Below, piece by piece: positions 9,040 to 18,668 of a DNA stretch of 64,000 nucleotides. Source of the stretch: a virus. Its lineage: Duplodnaviria > Caudoviricetes. Numbering within the stretch: position 1 is the stretch's first letter; each line of letters begins with the position of its first letter. The notes beneath the pieces were generated by a model. That model was not told where the DNA came from, made no database searches, and saw nothing but the letters and a program-made list of their open reading frames with translations. The stretch lies in the IMG/VR virus record IMGVR_UViG_3300031760_000035, positions 1-64,000 of that record. One strand, given 5' to 3'. The position numbers were made by a program, and so were the translations under genes.

Positions 9040-9358
9040 GGCCATGTTCATCCTCATTTTCACTCGCCTTACCATCGGCACCAAGAAGTCCATCTTCTCC
9101 AATGGAACCGAGGAGTCCATCTACTTTGAGGGTCTGTACGATACCAAGGAAGAAGCCAAGAAGATTATGCGTAAAGACTGGACTCGCCGCATCACCGATG
9201 GCGGTTGGGACCCTGATTGCTCGTACATCGAGGAAGATCAGGCGCTCTGTGGTGCCGAGGACATGATTGACACATGCCGCTACTACATCTTCGACACCAA
9301 CCGCCCGTGTGGGTTCATCAATTACCTGAATGACGGGTTTTCTAGGGGTGATGAGTAA
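9032..9358 (+). CDS. Hypothetical protein
   Basis: Overlapping ORF in operon. Confidence 0.65.
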   Translation: MNRAMFILIFTRLTIGTKKSIFSNGTEESIYFEGLYDTKEEAKKIMRKDWTRRITDGGWDPDCSYIEEDQALCGAEDMIDTCRYYIFDTNRPCGFINYLNDGFSRGDE

Positions 9359-9930
9359 TGTTCACCGCATTCGTGACGATTTCCGGCGAGTATGCGGACG
9401 GCACGCACGACTACATCGACGTTTCGCTCAGTCGTGACTTCGATACGATCCATGACGCGCTCAGATGGTACGAGCATGTCCACGTAAGCCCGTTTGGCAT
9501 CACCGCATATGCCCTGCATGCAAGCAACCCCGACCTCGTGCGCATCGAGGCAGAGTATGACATCTACGAGGACGGCAAGCCGATCGAGGATTGCGATTGG
9601 TTCTTTAGCGAGGCCATATGGTGTCCGCGTGACGAACATGACCGCAGCGCCACCTATCGTGGGCACGCCACGTCCATCACGCTCACATATGACGATGCAA
9701 TCGCCTACCTGTTCGAGCACTACAGGGATTTCATCAGCCAAAAGGCCACGATTGACCTGTTGAAGGACTCACGCAGCCGCAATTGGGTCAAACGGGAGCA
9801 GCGCGAGCTTCTTGGTCTTGTGCTCGGCTTCAACAAGGCTCTTTACATGGTGTGCGACAAGTTCAACGCCCCCGAATATGAGGTGCGAGCCGATCTGCAA
9901 CGTCTCTACGACAGCATTGCAGGCCGGTAG
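9358..9930 (+). CDS. Hypothetical protein
   Basis: TAATG stop/start coupling. Confidence 0.7.
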   Translation: MFTAFVTISGEYADGTHDYIDVSLSRDFDTIHDALRWYEHVHVSPFGITAYALHASNPDLVRIEAEYDIYEDGKPIEDCDWFFSEAIWCPRDEHDRSATYRGHATSITLTYDDAIAYLFEHYRDFISQKATIDLLKDSRSRNWVKREQRELLGLVLGFNKALYMVCDKFNAPEYEVRADLQRLYDSIAGR

Positions 9931-9940
9931 GAGGTGCGAC

Positions 9941-10141
9941 ATGAAGGCAACCAACCTTGACCTCATCGGCGAGAACAGATGGGGTCAGACCACAAGCAGA
10001 CGTATATACAGCGACGAAAGCGGCATGATGCACGTCGGCGTGCGCGCACGTGGCTCGATCAGGAAGACCATGGTGCCCTACCACAAGTTCGCAGACGAGA
10101 ACATGCCCTACTGGTACATCATCGAGAGGAGTGAGTCATAA
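9941..10141 (+). CDS. Hypothetical protein
   Basis: GGAGG RBS. Confidence 0.65.
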   Translation: MKATNLDLIGENRWGQTTSRRIYSDESGMMHVGVRARGSIRKTMVPYHKFADENMPYWYIIERSES

Positions 10142-10142
10142 G

Positions 10143-10511
10143 ATGGGCAACACGACGCGCAGCTACGCACTTCACCGCCCGATAGGCCCGTTCACATGGC
10201 CTTCCGAGCATCACGAGAAGGTGGCCGAGATAGTCAACTGGGACAGCGTGCAATACGTGCCGGAAATCAAGCGTAGCGCATACGGGTACATCGACTGGAC
10301 CGAGCTGCCGCCAATCGAGGATCTGAACCGCTATGAGCTTATGGTTCCGTCCGAGAACGACCAGTTCCTTGAGAAGATCGGTCGCATTCTGGCAGACCTC
10401 TACCAGAGCGAGCGCTTCGACAGGCTTGAGAAGGCCTGGGACAAGGCGCAACGGAAGTACGGGTACACCAGTGACCAAATCGGCGCGGCAATGACAAGAT
10501 ACATTGACTAG
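10143..10511 (+). CDS. Hypothetical protein
   Basis: GGAG RBS; contiguous in operon. Confidence 0.65.
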   Translation: MGNTTRSYALHRPIGPFTWPSEHHEKVAEIVNWDSVQYVPEIKRSAYGYIDWTELPPIEDLNRYELMVPSENDQFLEKIGRILADLYQSERFDRLEKAWDKAQRKYGYTSDQIGAAMTRYID

Positions 10512-10534
10512 ACTGGACTAACGGAGGTAACGCC

Positions 10535-10912
10535 ATGAAGCGCACAGTCATCGAGGGAAACCACGTCACCACATACGACAAGTCCCTTGGCATCATCCAC
10601 ACCTACGAGATCGTTGACCGCGTTCCGCGTGGGTACTTCATCTGGAACATCGGCAACCATGCGCCTGACGGCTTCGTGCCGCTCTGCGAATGGCTTGAGC
10701 CTGGAATGACCGTCAACCCAGACACGCTCAAGGCCATAGCGCACGAGCACGCGGCAGAGATAACCGGCATGGCAAGCGCGAGCGCCACCACTCCCCTAAA
10801 GGCCATCGACTTCCTCGCGAGGTACAGGTCCGGCAAGGAGGATGACCGTTGGGCATACGAGCGCGTCATGGCTGGCTATGACTACCTCATGGAGCTTCCT
10901 TGGGAGCGCTAG
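10535..10912 (+). CDS. Hypothetical protein
   Basis: GGAGG RBS; last gene of the + arm. Confidence 0.7.
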   Translation: MKRTVIEGNHVTTYDKSLGIIHTYEIVDRVPRGYFIWNIGNHAPDGFVPLCEWLEPGMTVNPDTLKAIAHEHAAEITGMASASATTPLKAIDFLARYRSGKEDDRWAYERVMAGYDYLMELPWER

Positions 10913-10929
10913 GTCACGCTATCTAACGC

Positions 10930-10974
10930 AAAAAACGCCCCCAGCCGCACGTTTCCATGCGAGCTGGGGGCATT
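10930..10974. terminator. Terminator between the convergent arms
   Basis: GCCCCCAGC...GCTGGGGGC stem with an A6 tract on the left (U tract on the - strand). Confidence 0.75.
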
Positions 10975-11001
10975 CGTCGCTGTATGTAGGGCAATTTGCC
11001 T

Positions 11002-11199
11002 TTAGTCACCGCAGATGTAATGCAGCAGTCTGCACATGGCCCACGCGACATCCTCGTTAGACCAACGGCTGTATGCAGCGGCCTTGTCGAAGATGTAGTC
11101 GAGGCGATCCACGTCATCCTCGTTCAGGAAGCACTCGGGAAGCACCTCGATGGCCTCAAGCGGGTGTCCGTCATAGCCAATCGGGCGGTGCCTAGCCAT
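11002..11199 (-). CDS. Hypothetical protein
   Basis: Last ORF of the - operon; RBS present. Confidence 0.6.
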   Translation of the reverse strand: MARHRPIGYDGHPLEAIEVLPECFLNEDDVDRLDYIFDKAAAYSRWSNEDVAWAMCRLLHYICGD

Positions 11200-11464
11200 T
11201 TCCCCTCACCTTCTCGCACTCTGCGTCGATGAGGGCAGGTATCTCGCTCTCGTGCTCGCACTCGATCACGAACTCCCTGAACTTCGGCCTGTGCTTGGTC
11301 CTCACATCGACCCTCGTGCCGTTGTCGAGCCGCTGCCACGTGTCGTACTGGTAGCCGCCGAGGTCAATGCGCCGCTGCGCGACGGGAATGACGGCATCGC
11401 CGACAGAAAGGCCGTCGAAGTCGGGTATCTCCTCGGCGAGCACGTCGAACTTGTACCTAATCAT
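11192..11464 (-). CDS. Hypothetical protein
   Basis: Overlap-coupled ORF. Confidence 0.6.
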   Translation of the reverse strand: MIRYKFDVLAEEIPDFDGLSVGDAVIPVAQRRIDLGGYQYDTWQRLDNGTRVDVRTKHRPKFREFVIECEHESEIPALIDAECEKVRGNG

Positions 11465-11478
11465 CTGTCACCAACCAA

Positions 11479-11769
11479 TCACCGGATTGTGTGCGATTTC
11501 GAGAACCAACTGCCTGGTGCCAACGATTTTTCGGCGTCCCTGAACGGTGTCGGCGACGCCTCAGCGATGCCCACAGGGCGCACGCCCGCGTTTCCCGCCA
11601 TGATTTCGTCAAGCATCATCCGTTCGAGCGTCTGCGTGAAGCGCCTATAGACGTAGGCCCAGAAGAAGTCCTGGTGGTAGTCGCTCCACGTCTCAACCTC
11701 GTCAAGCAGCTCTTGTGGCAGGCGGTCTGCGAAAAGCTCCTTCGAGCGTTCGATCACGTCGGTAGCCAT
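11479..11769 (-). CDS. Hypothetical protein
   Basis: GGAG RBS. Confidence 0.6.
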   Translation of the reverse strand: MATDVIERSKELFADRLPQELLDEVETWSDYHQDFFWAYVYRRFTQTLERMMLDEIMAGNAGVRPVGIAEASPTPFRDAEKSLAPGSWFSKSHTIR

Positions 11770-11772
11770 CGC

Positions 11773-11961
11773 CTACTCCTCGGGAATCTCGGGCATGGGC
11801 CACGCGAAGCCGCAATCGATGAGCAGCATGTACTCAAGGCGGTCGGTAATGGCGCGACGAACGGCGTTGTCGAAAAGCTCATCGTCAAGAATCGCCGTGC
11901 TGACATGGAACTCGTTCGCCAGCTTGCGCCGCGCCATCTCGTAGTCAACAAGCGCGCTCAT
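11773..11961 (-). CDS. Hypothetical protein
   Basis: AAAGGAG RBS; ATGA overlap. Confidence 0.6.
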   Translation of the reverse strand: MSALVDYEMARRKLANEFHVSTAILDDELFDNAVRRAITDRLEYMLLIDCGFAWPMPEIPEE

Positions 11962-12437
11962 CGCCCCATCTCCTTTAGGTGCGCTATGCCGATAGACTCC
12001 CACTGGTCTATGGAGTCGTTCACGGCACCCTCTATGGACTTGATCTTGTTGCGCTCGCTCAGCGTGTCGAACGCATCTATGACCTCGGCTATCCTGTCCG
12101 TGCTGTCGGCAAGAATCTCGCGCCACGAAGCGCCTTGGAGGTAGTAGCGCGTCACGACCTCAACCATGAGGTTATCTGCGATCCTAGCGATCCCACGCAC
12201 TATGTCCCAAGCCTCGTCAATCGGCTGTCGCAGGTCGTATGCGTCGATCTCCTGCTCCTGCCACTCAAGAAGCTCATCGACCTTGCGCATGGGGTCGAGG
12301 ATTCCAGTCTTGGAATGGACTCCGTAGGAATGGCCCTGCACGCCGATGGCGGCACGCCTAATCTCGGCCTGCTCCTCGATCAGCCGTATCTCCAAGGCCG
12401 CGTCACGCGCCGCGTCAAGAACCTCGCGTACCGTCAA
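11958..12437 (-). CDS. RinA/ArpU-like late transcriptional activator
   Basis: N-terminal coiled coil plus C-terminal VVTRYYLQGASWREI sigma-like HTH; typical position. Confidence 0.65.
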   Translation of the reverse strand: MTVREVLDAARDAALEIRLIEEQAEIRRAAIGVQGHSYGVHSKTGILDPMRKVDELLEWQEQEIDAYDLRQPIDEAWDIVRGIARIADNLMVEVVTRYYLQGASWREILADSTDRIAEVIDAFDTLSERNKIKSIEGAVNDSIDQWESIGIAHLKEMGR

Positions 12438-12558
12438 ACGCCCTCCTCACGCCGCAATGGTGCCAACTAGACATTATGGCACAACATATTGTGTTCGTAG
12501 GGCTTCTAATACACAAGATGTGGTGTATCTGTATGCTACATGCGATTTCTGGGCGATT

Positions 12559-12834
12559 CTAGTGCGATGTGAGGTGCCATCCGCCTCAGTATCGGCACGG
12601 ATAGGCCCTCAGCATCGGCGATCCACGCATTACCCGCTTCGTCGCGACGGTCAATGCCTCCATCTTCGAGCCGTAACGCACCTTCCTGCCGCATTGCTGG
12701 TGGGCCTGCTCGCCATACTCACTCGTGACCCTCGAATCGCGGTTCAGACGCCTGTTCATGGCCCTCTTTCGGGCAACCTTCCCCTTCTTCTTGTCAAATC
12801 GCCTGCGATGCGGGCGCTTCTTGTGGCTGCGCAT
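12559..12834 (-). CDS. Basic CxxC/WH protein with in-frame UGA at 12586-12588 (truncated or read-through)
   Basis: ...LRAYPCRY*GGWHLTSH*; the UGA sits at the expected second Cys. Confidence 0.55.
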
Positions 12835-12839
12835 GGCCC

Positions 12840-13268
12840 TTAGCGCAAGCCGGTGCTTCCGAAGCCGTTGCTGCCACGCTCGGTGTCGGAAAGCTCGTCA
12901 ACCTCGACGCACTCGCACGTCTCATGCGAGAGGATGATGATTTGGGCCACGCGCTCCCCCCTCTCCACAGTAACGAGGTCGTGACCCGCGTTGTACAGGG
13001 GCAGCATGATCTCCCCGCGATAGTCGGAGTCGATGATACCAGGCGTGTTGACGATGGTGACGCCACGCTTCGACGCCATGCCGCTTCTGGGCACGACCAT
13101 CCCGAAATAGCCGCGCGGAAGCTCGATTGCCACCCCAGTGCCCACCTTGACCGTGCCCTGCGGCGCGATCTCCACCGTCTCGCGGCTAGTAAGGTCCATC
13201 CCTGCGTCACCTGGCTTCGAGTGCTTGGGCATCGGAGCGCCATCGGTGAGCTTGACGTTGATCCTCAT
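12840..13268 (-). CDS. dut: dUTPase
   Basis: DAGMDL, RSG, GIIDSDYRGEI, RIAQ-like and RGSNGFGSTG motifs. Confidence 0.95.
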   Translation of the reverse strand: MRINVKLTDGAPMPKHSKPGDAGMDLTSRETVEIAPQGTVKVGTGVAIELPRGYFGMVVPRSGMASKRGVTIVNTPGIIDSDYRGEIMLPLYNAGHDLVTVERGERVAQIIILSHETCECVEVDELSDTERGSNGFGSTGLR

Positions 13269-13382
13269 TCATATCCTCCCATTCGTTGTCAAGAAAGTGC
13301 CTATAGCCGCCAAAAACAAGCGATTCTGGCGGCTATAGACCACACGAACACATTCCAAACAAATCGTCGCTGTATATATGGC

Positions 13383-13925
13383 CTACGGCAGGAACCTGGT
13401 TGACTCCCCGCACGGCCTGAACTCGTTGCAGTAGAAAACCTTGTCGATTGCACGGCACTTCGGCACGAGGAACGGCTTGAACTCGGGGTTCACCGCTATC
13501 ACGGCCCTGCAAATGAGCTGCATGGCACGTCGCGTCTCGGGAGCGGACTGTCCGCAAAGGCGCATGCGGGCCATCTGGATAAGCTCTTGCGCGTTCACGT
13601 CCATCACGTGCATAACGGGAGCGTCCTGACGCGCGGCCTCTCGGTCGTACTTGTCCTGACGGTCATTTCGCTGGCTGCTGACGTAGTGCTCGACGCCGTA
13701 CTTGTGCCTACAGAAGTGGACGCTCACCCAGTACGGGAGCGTGATGCGGATTGTGAACATGAGCGTTCGGATGGGGCTGTGCCCCGCCTTGATGATCTTG
13801 TGCTTCCACTCGTCGCTGACAGCGCCGCCCCACTTCCTGCCAATGGTGTTCATGGCAAGCATCTTGCAACGCTCCCAGTCCTCGTCCTCTGGATGCCGCA
13901 GGACTTCAACCTTGTACTCAGTCAC
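13383..13925 (-). CDS. thyX: Flavin-dependent thymidylate synthase
   Basis: GHSPIR...HFCRHK...SQRNDR...NAQELIQMARMRLC pattern. Confidence 0.85.
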   Translation of the reverse strand: MTEYKVEVLRHPEDEDWERCKMLAMNTIGRKWGGAVSDEWKHKIIKAGHSPIRTLMFTIRITLPYWVSVHFCRHKYGVEHYVSSQRNDRQDKYDREAARQDAPVMHVMDVNAQELIQMARMRLCGQSAPETRRAMQLICRAVIAVNPEFKPFLVPKCRAIDKVFYCNEFRPCGESTRFLP

Positions 13926-14145
13926 TCTCGATCCCCTCCATGTAGCTTCGCAGCTCTTCCTGCGTCGGAACCCACACGCTCACAACCTTGTCGGTTCTGA
14001 CGAGACGCCCATCGACGGTGAGCAGCCACTTGTTGCGCTCCACCTTCATGCGCACAAGGTCAATCTCCCCCTCTACGACGTGGACATCCGCATCGGCTGT
14101 CGTGAGCATCGTCACCTCGTTATCGTCCGGCATCGGCCCCTCCAT
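13918..14145 (-). CDS. Hypothetical protein
   Basis: Coupled ORF. Confidence 0.55.
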   Translation of the reverse strand: MEGPMPDDNEVTMLTTADADVHVVEGEIDLVRMKVERNKWLLTVDGRLVRTDKVVSVWVPTQEELRSYMEGIESD

Positions 14146-14416
14146 CCTTCCTCAATCGCTGCAAGTTATCCTGCACGCCCTTGCAAAGCTCCTCGTACAC
14201 ACCGTCGCAGCCGTCCATGACGTAGATGGGTGTGCCGTTGCGCGTGTTGTCCTGGATTGCGTCAACGCAGCGGCGCATCTGCTTTATCGTGTCGCGCGAC
14301 ACACTGACGGTGCCGGTGAGGTGGCTGCCGTTGTGATCGCACCAGCAGTACATGTCGCGCAGGAACTTGGAAAGGTCGCGCAGGGCATCGACACTAGTGA
14401 CTTTCTTCAAAGACAT
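14120..14416 (-). CDS. Hypothetical protein
   Basis: AAGGAGG RBS before ATG 14416. Confidence 0.65.
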   Translation of the reverse strand: MSLKKVTSVDALRDLSKFLRDMYCWCDHNGSHLTGTVSVSRDTIKQMRRCVDAIQDNTRNGTPIYVMDGCDGVYEELCKGVQDNLQRLRKDGGADAGR

Positions 14417-14582
14417 CCTCCTTGGGTTGGTAGATGTATATGAGCGAGTTGACCGTGCGCAGGATTTGCTGCTCCACCTGATTCCCGGCGAGCGTCGTTT
14501 CACGCGCGACAAGGGATACAAGCTCGTCCAAGGTCATGTCGGCATCGAGCACGTCAGGCCCTTGGAACGACTTGCTAATCAT
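14394..14582 (-). CDS. Hypothetical protein
   Basis: AAGGA RBS before ATG 14582. Confidence 0.5.
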   Translation of the reverse strand: MISKSFQGPDVLDADMTLDELVSLVARETTLAGNQVEQQILRTVNSLIYIYQPKEDVFEESH

Positions 14583-14682
14583 GATGTAGGTATCCTTCAA
14601 TGGCTTCCTCCGTTCGTCGCTGTATAAAAGGGCACCCGCAGCTCTCGCCACGGGTGCCACGATTGCCACTCTATGTTGCCGC

Positions 14683-14973
14683 CTAGCGCAGCACGTCCTC
14701 GATGCGACAGCTATCGAACAGGTCGTAGCCACGAAGGCCGCTGTGCTGTGGAGCGGATGCCATGAACACGACCTTGCCGACTGACTGGCCGAACATGACT
14801 GTCGGTGTGGTTGATTTCCGCGCCGTCCAGTTCCCAGCACGAATGTCTTTGAGCCACCGCACGTACTCGTTAAAGGCGTAGACGGCATCCCTATGCGTGC
14901 TGAACCTGGCTATGACGTTCTCGCCATTGAGCGCGTGCATTGACGCTCGGATCATCTCGCGGTGAGTCATCAT
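14683..14973 (-). CDS. Hypothetical protein
   Basis: AGGAGG RBS. Confidence 0.6.
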   Translation of the reverse strand: MMTHREMIRASMHALNGENVIARFSTHRDAVYAFNEYVRWLKDIRAGNWTARKSTTPTVMFGQSVGKVVFMASAPQHSGLRGYDLFDSCRIEDVLR

Positions 14974-14983
14974 GGTTTGCCTC

Positions 14984-15280
14984 CTAAAAGTGCAAGTGCA
15001 CGTCGCTGATGTCGATGCCCAACGACTCGACCTCCGACTTGTAGTAAAGCTCGGCCCACTCCTCGTCCTCGTAGGCATAGCTCGCATAGAGATCGTGAAT
15101 CAGCTTGCCCACGTCCCGCATCGAGCACCAGTCTGGCTTTGTCTCGCTAATGATGTGCTCAGTCACGGTCTTGTCATCGACGGCGCAAGGGTCATGCCAC
15201 TCGCCCCAGCACGCAAGCGGGCACTCTCTACACGTTGTCGGCAGCTTGTCCATGTCTGGTATGTCGATTGCTACCAGCAT
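14984..15280 (-). CDS. Hypothetical protein (CxxC)
   Basis: MLVAIDIPDMDKLPTTCRECP, a common phage small-protein pattern. Confidence 0.6.
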   Translation of the reverse strand: MLVAIDIPDMDKLPTTCRECPLACWGEWHDPCAVDDKTVTEHIISETKPDWCSMRDVGKLIHDLYASYAYEDEEWAELYYKSEVESLGIDISDVHLHF

Positions 15281-15582
15281 CTCGGGTGTCCCTTCCTGTC
15301 GCGCCTGAGACTTCGCACGGTGTACTTGTAGCGGCCAGTGACTAGCTTGTAGAACCTGTTCAACGACCACCACTGGGGCTTGAGCCTGAACGTAATCGGC
15401 TCATTGGACAGCTCCATCAGCCTGCCAGCCCACAGTTCCGTCTCGTCATCGTCGCTGTCAGCGGTCAACGAGACGCCACCCTCATCGACGTACCCAAGGT
15501 TCTCGAACTCGTCGCTGTCAGTGGCGCAAAACATGAAGCCACCTGACGCGAGGATGCTATCGTCACCCATCCGACTCGTCAC
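15271..15582 (-). CDS. Hypothetical protein
   Basis: GGAGG RBS. Confidence 0.55.
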   Translation of the reverse strand: MTSRMGDDSILASGGFMFCATDSDEFENLGYVDEGGVSLTADSDDDETELWAGRLMELSNEPITFRLKPQWWSLNRFYKLVTGRYKYTVRSLRRDRKGHPRCW

Positions 15583-15672
15583 CTCCGAAGATGACCCTCA
15601 CGGCCAGAACGACCATGAGGGTCATGCACATCCCAAACCATGTCCCGCATGCAAACTCGATCATACGCACGC

Positions 15673-15906
15673 CTAGCAAGTGACGGTGTAGGGCGGCTTG
15701 ATGGCGGTGTCACTACGGAATGTCAAGACATTCTTATCGTCATGGCTCAGAGCGTCGATGAGCATGCTCCGAATGTGCTCATACGTCTCGTCGGCCTCGA
15801 TGCGCAAGTCTGCGCAATCCTCCATGGAGTCCAGCTTGGTGCAGAGCGTGGTCGCACTGATAAGCCCATCGACCATCCACTCTGCCTGTTCCTTCGTGAA
15901 TGTCAC
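15673..15906 (-). CDS. Hypothetical protein
   Basis: ORF in operon. Confidence 0.55.
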   Translation of the reverse strand: MTFTKEQAEWMVDGLISATTLCTKLDSMEDCADLRIEADETYEHIRSMLIDALSHDDKNVLTFRSDTAIKPPYTVTC

Positions 15907-15907
15907 T

Positions 15908-16135
15908 CTACTTCCCCCTCATCGACTCGTAATCCAGCAGAACTCCCGCACCCAGGTTGTCGCTGTAACTATCGGTGCCGTCAACAGCCTCGGACATCCA
16001 GCACCCGTCACCGATTGTCGTGAGGGACTGGACATGGAACGGGCCATCATCGAACATCAGCCAGTCGCCGACGTTGATGGGATTGCCGTTTCGGTCTGTC
16101 GGCAGTTTGATCTTCCGCTTGCGCCTCTTGCTCAT
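15908..16135 (-). CDS. YopX-like small protein
   Basis: LPTDRNGNPINVGDWL motif. Confidence 0.55.
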   Translation of the reverse strand: MSKRRKRKIKLPTDRNGNPINVGDWLMFDDGPFHVQSLTTIGDGCWMSEAVDGTDSYSDNLGAGVLLDYESMRGK

Positions 16136-16464
16136 CTCACCCTCATTTCGTCTGGAAGAACCTTCATCGTTATGAAGTCGATGAAATCGACCTTGTACAG
16201 CGGCATGTCCTCTGGCGGCTCGTGGATTTTGAAGTCGATCTCCGGATTATGCAGCCTTCCGCAGAGCTTGCACCTCTTGCCGACGTGGAAGAACGGAACC
16301 CTCTCCCCTCTCCTGTGAATGAAAGAGCCTGTATCAATGCAGACCATCTCGTAATCGTGCTTGTGGTCGCTGCGAGCGTGCTTCTTCTTTGGCTTCTTCG
16401 ACTTGAACCTCGGCTCGTCCGGCAGCGGTGCGTACTTGTGCCGCAGGGAGTCCTCGTCATGCAT
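16132..16464 (-). CDS. Hypothetical zinc-binding protein
   Basis: GGAGG RBS; HKHDY...RCKLCG. Confidence 0.65.
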   Translation of the reverse strand: MHDEDSLRHKYAPLPDEPRFKSKKPKKKHARSDHKHDYEMVCIDTGSFIHRRGERVPFFHVGKRCKLCGRLHNPEIDFKIHEPPEDMPLYKVDFIDFITMKVLPDEMRVR

Positions 16465-16645
16465 CCGACGCCTCCATCCACTCTCTCGGGAGTTCACTTG
16501 CCTGCTCATTTGTGACCAGATACAAGCGCCTACAGGAATCGCAGACGTACCAGCCTTGTCGTATGTGAAGCACCGGGTTGTAGAAGCTAAAGAAGTTCGC
16601 TGGGATACGGTCAACCTCCCTGCCGCAGTAGGCACACTCAGTCAT
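16457..16645 (-). CDS. Small zinc-finger protein
   Basis: CAYCG...CDSC. Confidence 0.55.
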   Translation of the reverse strand: MTECAYCGREVDRIPANFFSFYNPVLHIRQGWYVCDSCRRLYLVTNEQASELPREWMEASDA

Positions 16646-17081
16646 CGGGCACCTCGATTCCAAGCTCGCGCATTTGCTCTTCGACCCACCGCTTCTCAGG
16701 TGCTCCGTAAGGCCCCCAGTCGTGCCCACTGACGTAGCAGCGGTGCATGTACTCGACCAGCTCCCGCAGCTTGGCAATCTCTGCCACGTATGCCTCAACC
16801 GTTTCGGCAGAGAACCATCGTCCGCTGTCAGGCAGCAGCTCTTCAAGCTCTGCTATGCGCTCCCGCAGCTTGGCGTTCTCGGACTCAAGCGCCATGCTCT
16901 CGTCCAATATGAGGCGTGCGCTTTCCTCGCCGTCCGACACGACCTCGCGCAGCCTTGCGTTCTCGGCCTCAAGCCCCTCGATTATGTCAGCCGCGCCCAT
17001 CATCAGCGTCGCCGCCTGCGGCATCGCAAGACCCACGCTCTCAGCCATAGCACGCAGCTCGTCGCACTTGGCGCTAATCAT
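16638..17081 (-). CDS. Coiled-coil hypothetical protein
   Basis: Repeated ENA(R/K)LRE heptads. Confidence 0.65.
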   Translation of the reverse strand: MISAKCDELRAMAESVGLAMPQAATLMMGAADIIEGLEAENARLREVVSDGEESARLILDESMALESENAKLRERIAELEELLPDSGRWFSAETVEAYVAEIAKLRELVEYMHRCYVSGHDWGPYGAPEKRWVEEQMRELGIEVPDD

Positions 17082-17083
17082 GC

Positions 17084-17413
17084 TTATTCCGACCTCCCAT
17101 CACGCCGATCGAATCGCATTGGCGTGGCTCGGTCGCCGTCCGCTCGCCTAACCCACCTGGATACAGTGGCGGGATGCACGCCAAGCGCATCAGCCACATC
17201 GTCCCTTGTCGCGGTTCCGCTCATCAGCCTATCGACCCACATATCGCGCAGGCCAACCGGCGTCTGCATCCTCCGATACGGGAACCTCGACCTGTCCGAC
17301 GCTATGACCTGATTGACCCTGGCCTTGCTGTAGCCAAGCTCGTTGACAATGCGCTTGAGCGACACCCCATCGCTCCACATCCGCTCCAACAGGTCAAGCT
17401 CGGCGTCCGTCAT
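17084..17413 (-). CDS. Tandem HTH protein
   Basis: Two HTH-like segments (SLKRIVNELG; DVADALGVHPATVSRW). Confidence 0.65.
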   Translation of the reverse strand: MTDAELDLLERMWSDGVSLKRIVNELGYSKARVNQVIASDRSRFPYRRMQTPVGLRDMWVDRLMSGTATRDDVADALGVHPATVSRWVRRADGDRATPMRFDRRDGRSE

Positions 17414-17601
17414 GCCAGTATCCCAGCGCGCTTCGCAATCCTGCGAACGTCTCGGCGCTTGAGATCGAACGCAAACGCGACCTCCTCGACGGTATGACCT
17501 CCACGGAGCATCGCAATGACGTTGCCCTTGTCAACGCTCCTCATGCTCGCCTCGCACCCCTCGACGTGAACCTGCGCGACCATGCTGTTTCGCCTGAACA
17601 A
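17410..17601 (-). CDS. Small HTH protein
   Basis: GHTVEEVAFAFDL. Confidence 0.5.
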   Translation of the reverse strand: MFRRNSMVAQVHVEGCEASMRSVDKGNVIAMLRGGHTVEEVAFAFDLKRRDVRRIAKRAGILA

Positions 17602-17694
17602 TTCCCATCACTCTCCAATCGGATCGCCTCATTTGAAGTCCTCGCATCGGCATGGCTGACCACAGCCGACGCGAGGACCAAATGCGGATTTCAA

Positions 17695-18174
17695 TTACTC
17701 GTCAACATCGCCAGTAAGGCGCAGTTTCGATGCAAAGCGCTCGATGGCGTCGGTCACCTCATGGTCATCGACCTCGTTGGCACAGCCGACAAACTCAGAG
17801 GCAAACTCCCGCAGCACGTCCTCAACGGTCGGCTCGTGGTAATGACGAAAGAAGCCATCGAGCGCGGTCGGTGCCTGCTCCCCTTCGAGTTGCACTCCCC
17901 AATGAAGCTCTCCGCCCCATTTCTTCGGATACTTCGAAAGCATCAGCGCAATCACATGGCCACGCGCCTTGCCGCGCTCCATCATGTCTCCCACGTGGAT
18001 AATCTCGCCGTCAGCGTCCACGGGAAGGAGCACGCTGGCGTCGGCGAGATTGTTCAGCTCCCGTATGGCCTTCTGGTATTCCGCGTCTATGCGGTCGGCG
18101 ATGGCTGTCACGACATCGTGTGTATCTCCACAGAAGCCGTATCCCCACTTCCTCAGCTCGTCAGTGATGCTCAT
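17695..18174 (-). CDS. Tandem paralog 4 (MSITDELR...PTVEDVL family)
   Basis: Conserved blocks shared with three neighbours. Confidence 0.75.
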   Translation of the reverse strand: MSITDELRKWGYGFCGDTHDVVTAIADRIDAEYQKAIRELNNLADASVLLPVDADGEIIHVGDMMERGKARGHVIALMLSKYPKKWGGELHWGVQLEGEQAPTALDGFFRHYHEPTVEDVLREFASEFVGCANEVDDHEVTDAIERFASKLRLTGDVDE

Positions 18175-18668
18175 TCGGCATCACCCGCCAGACGGAGCTT
18201 GGCGGCGTACTTCTCCACGACACCCTTTCGGATGGTCAGCGCGTCATCCTTGCAGACGGCCAGTGCGAACTCCCGCAGCACGTCCTCGACGGTCGGCTTG
18301 CGGTAATGACAGCACATGTCGGCAAAGCGCGGGCCGTCCTCGACCATGACCACGGATGGTGGCATGAGAGCCACGACCTCCTTTGGCTTGGTGTTGTCCT
18401 TGTAGGCAATCACGTCACCAATGCGAATAGGCACGTTGTTAGCATCCACTGGCAACTTGACGTAGTTGGCGTCTCGCTCGGCCACCCACTCGTCATGCTC
18501 GCGCCACATGTCGTACATAGCGCTCTCGTGCTTCGCGTCTATGCGGTCGGCTATGCGCTCAAAGTCAGCGAGAATGCCGTCAACGTCCCCAGCGTCCAAG
18601 TCATTCATGAGACTCGGTGTCTCGCGCCAATCTTGCGCGTACTCCCTCAGCTCGTCAGTAATTCTCAT
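18171..18668 (-). CDS. Tandem paralog 3
   Basis: MRITDELR, IADRIDA, LPVDA, KPTVEDVL and AKLRL blocks. Confidence 0.75.
   Translation of the reverse strand: MRITDELREYAQDWRETPSLMNDLDAGDVDGILADFERIADRIDAKHESAMYDMWREHDEWVAERDANYVKLPVDANNVPIRIGDVIAYKDNTKPKEVVALMPPSVVMVEDGPRFADMCCHYRKPTVEDVLREFALAVCKDDALTIRKGVVEKYAAKLRLAGDAE

Noticed and set aside
15271-15582. Tail-tube-like motif (LGYVDEGGVSLT)
   Set aside because: Short similarity only, and in the wrong genomic context; left as hypothetical.
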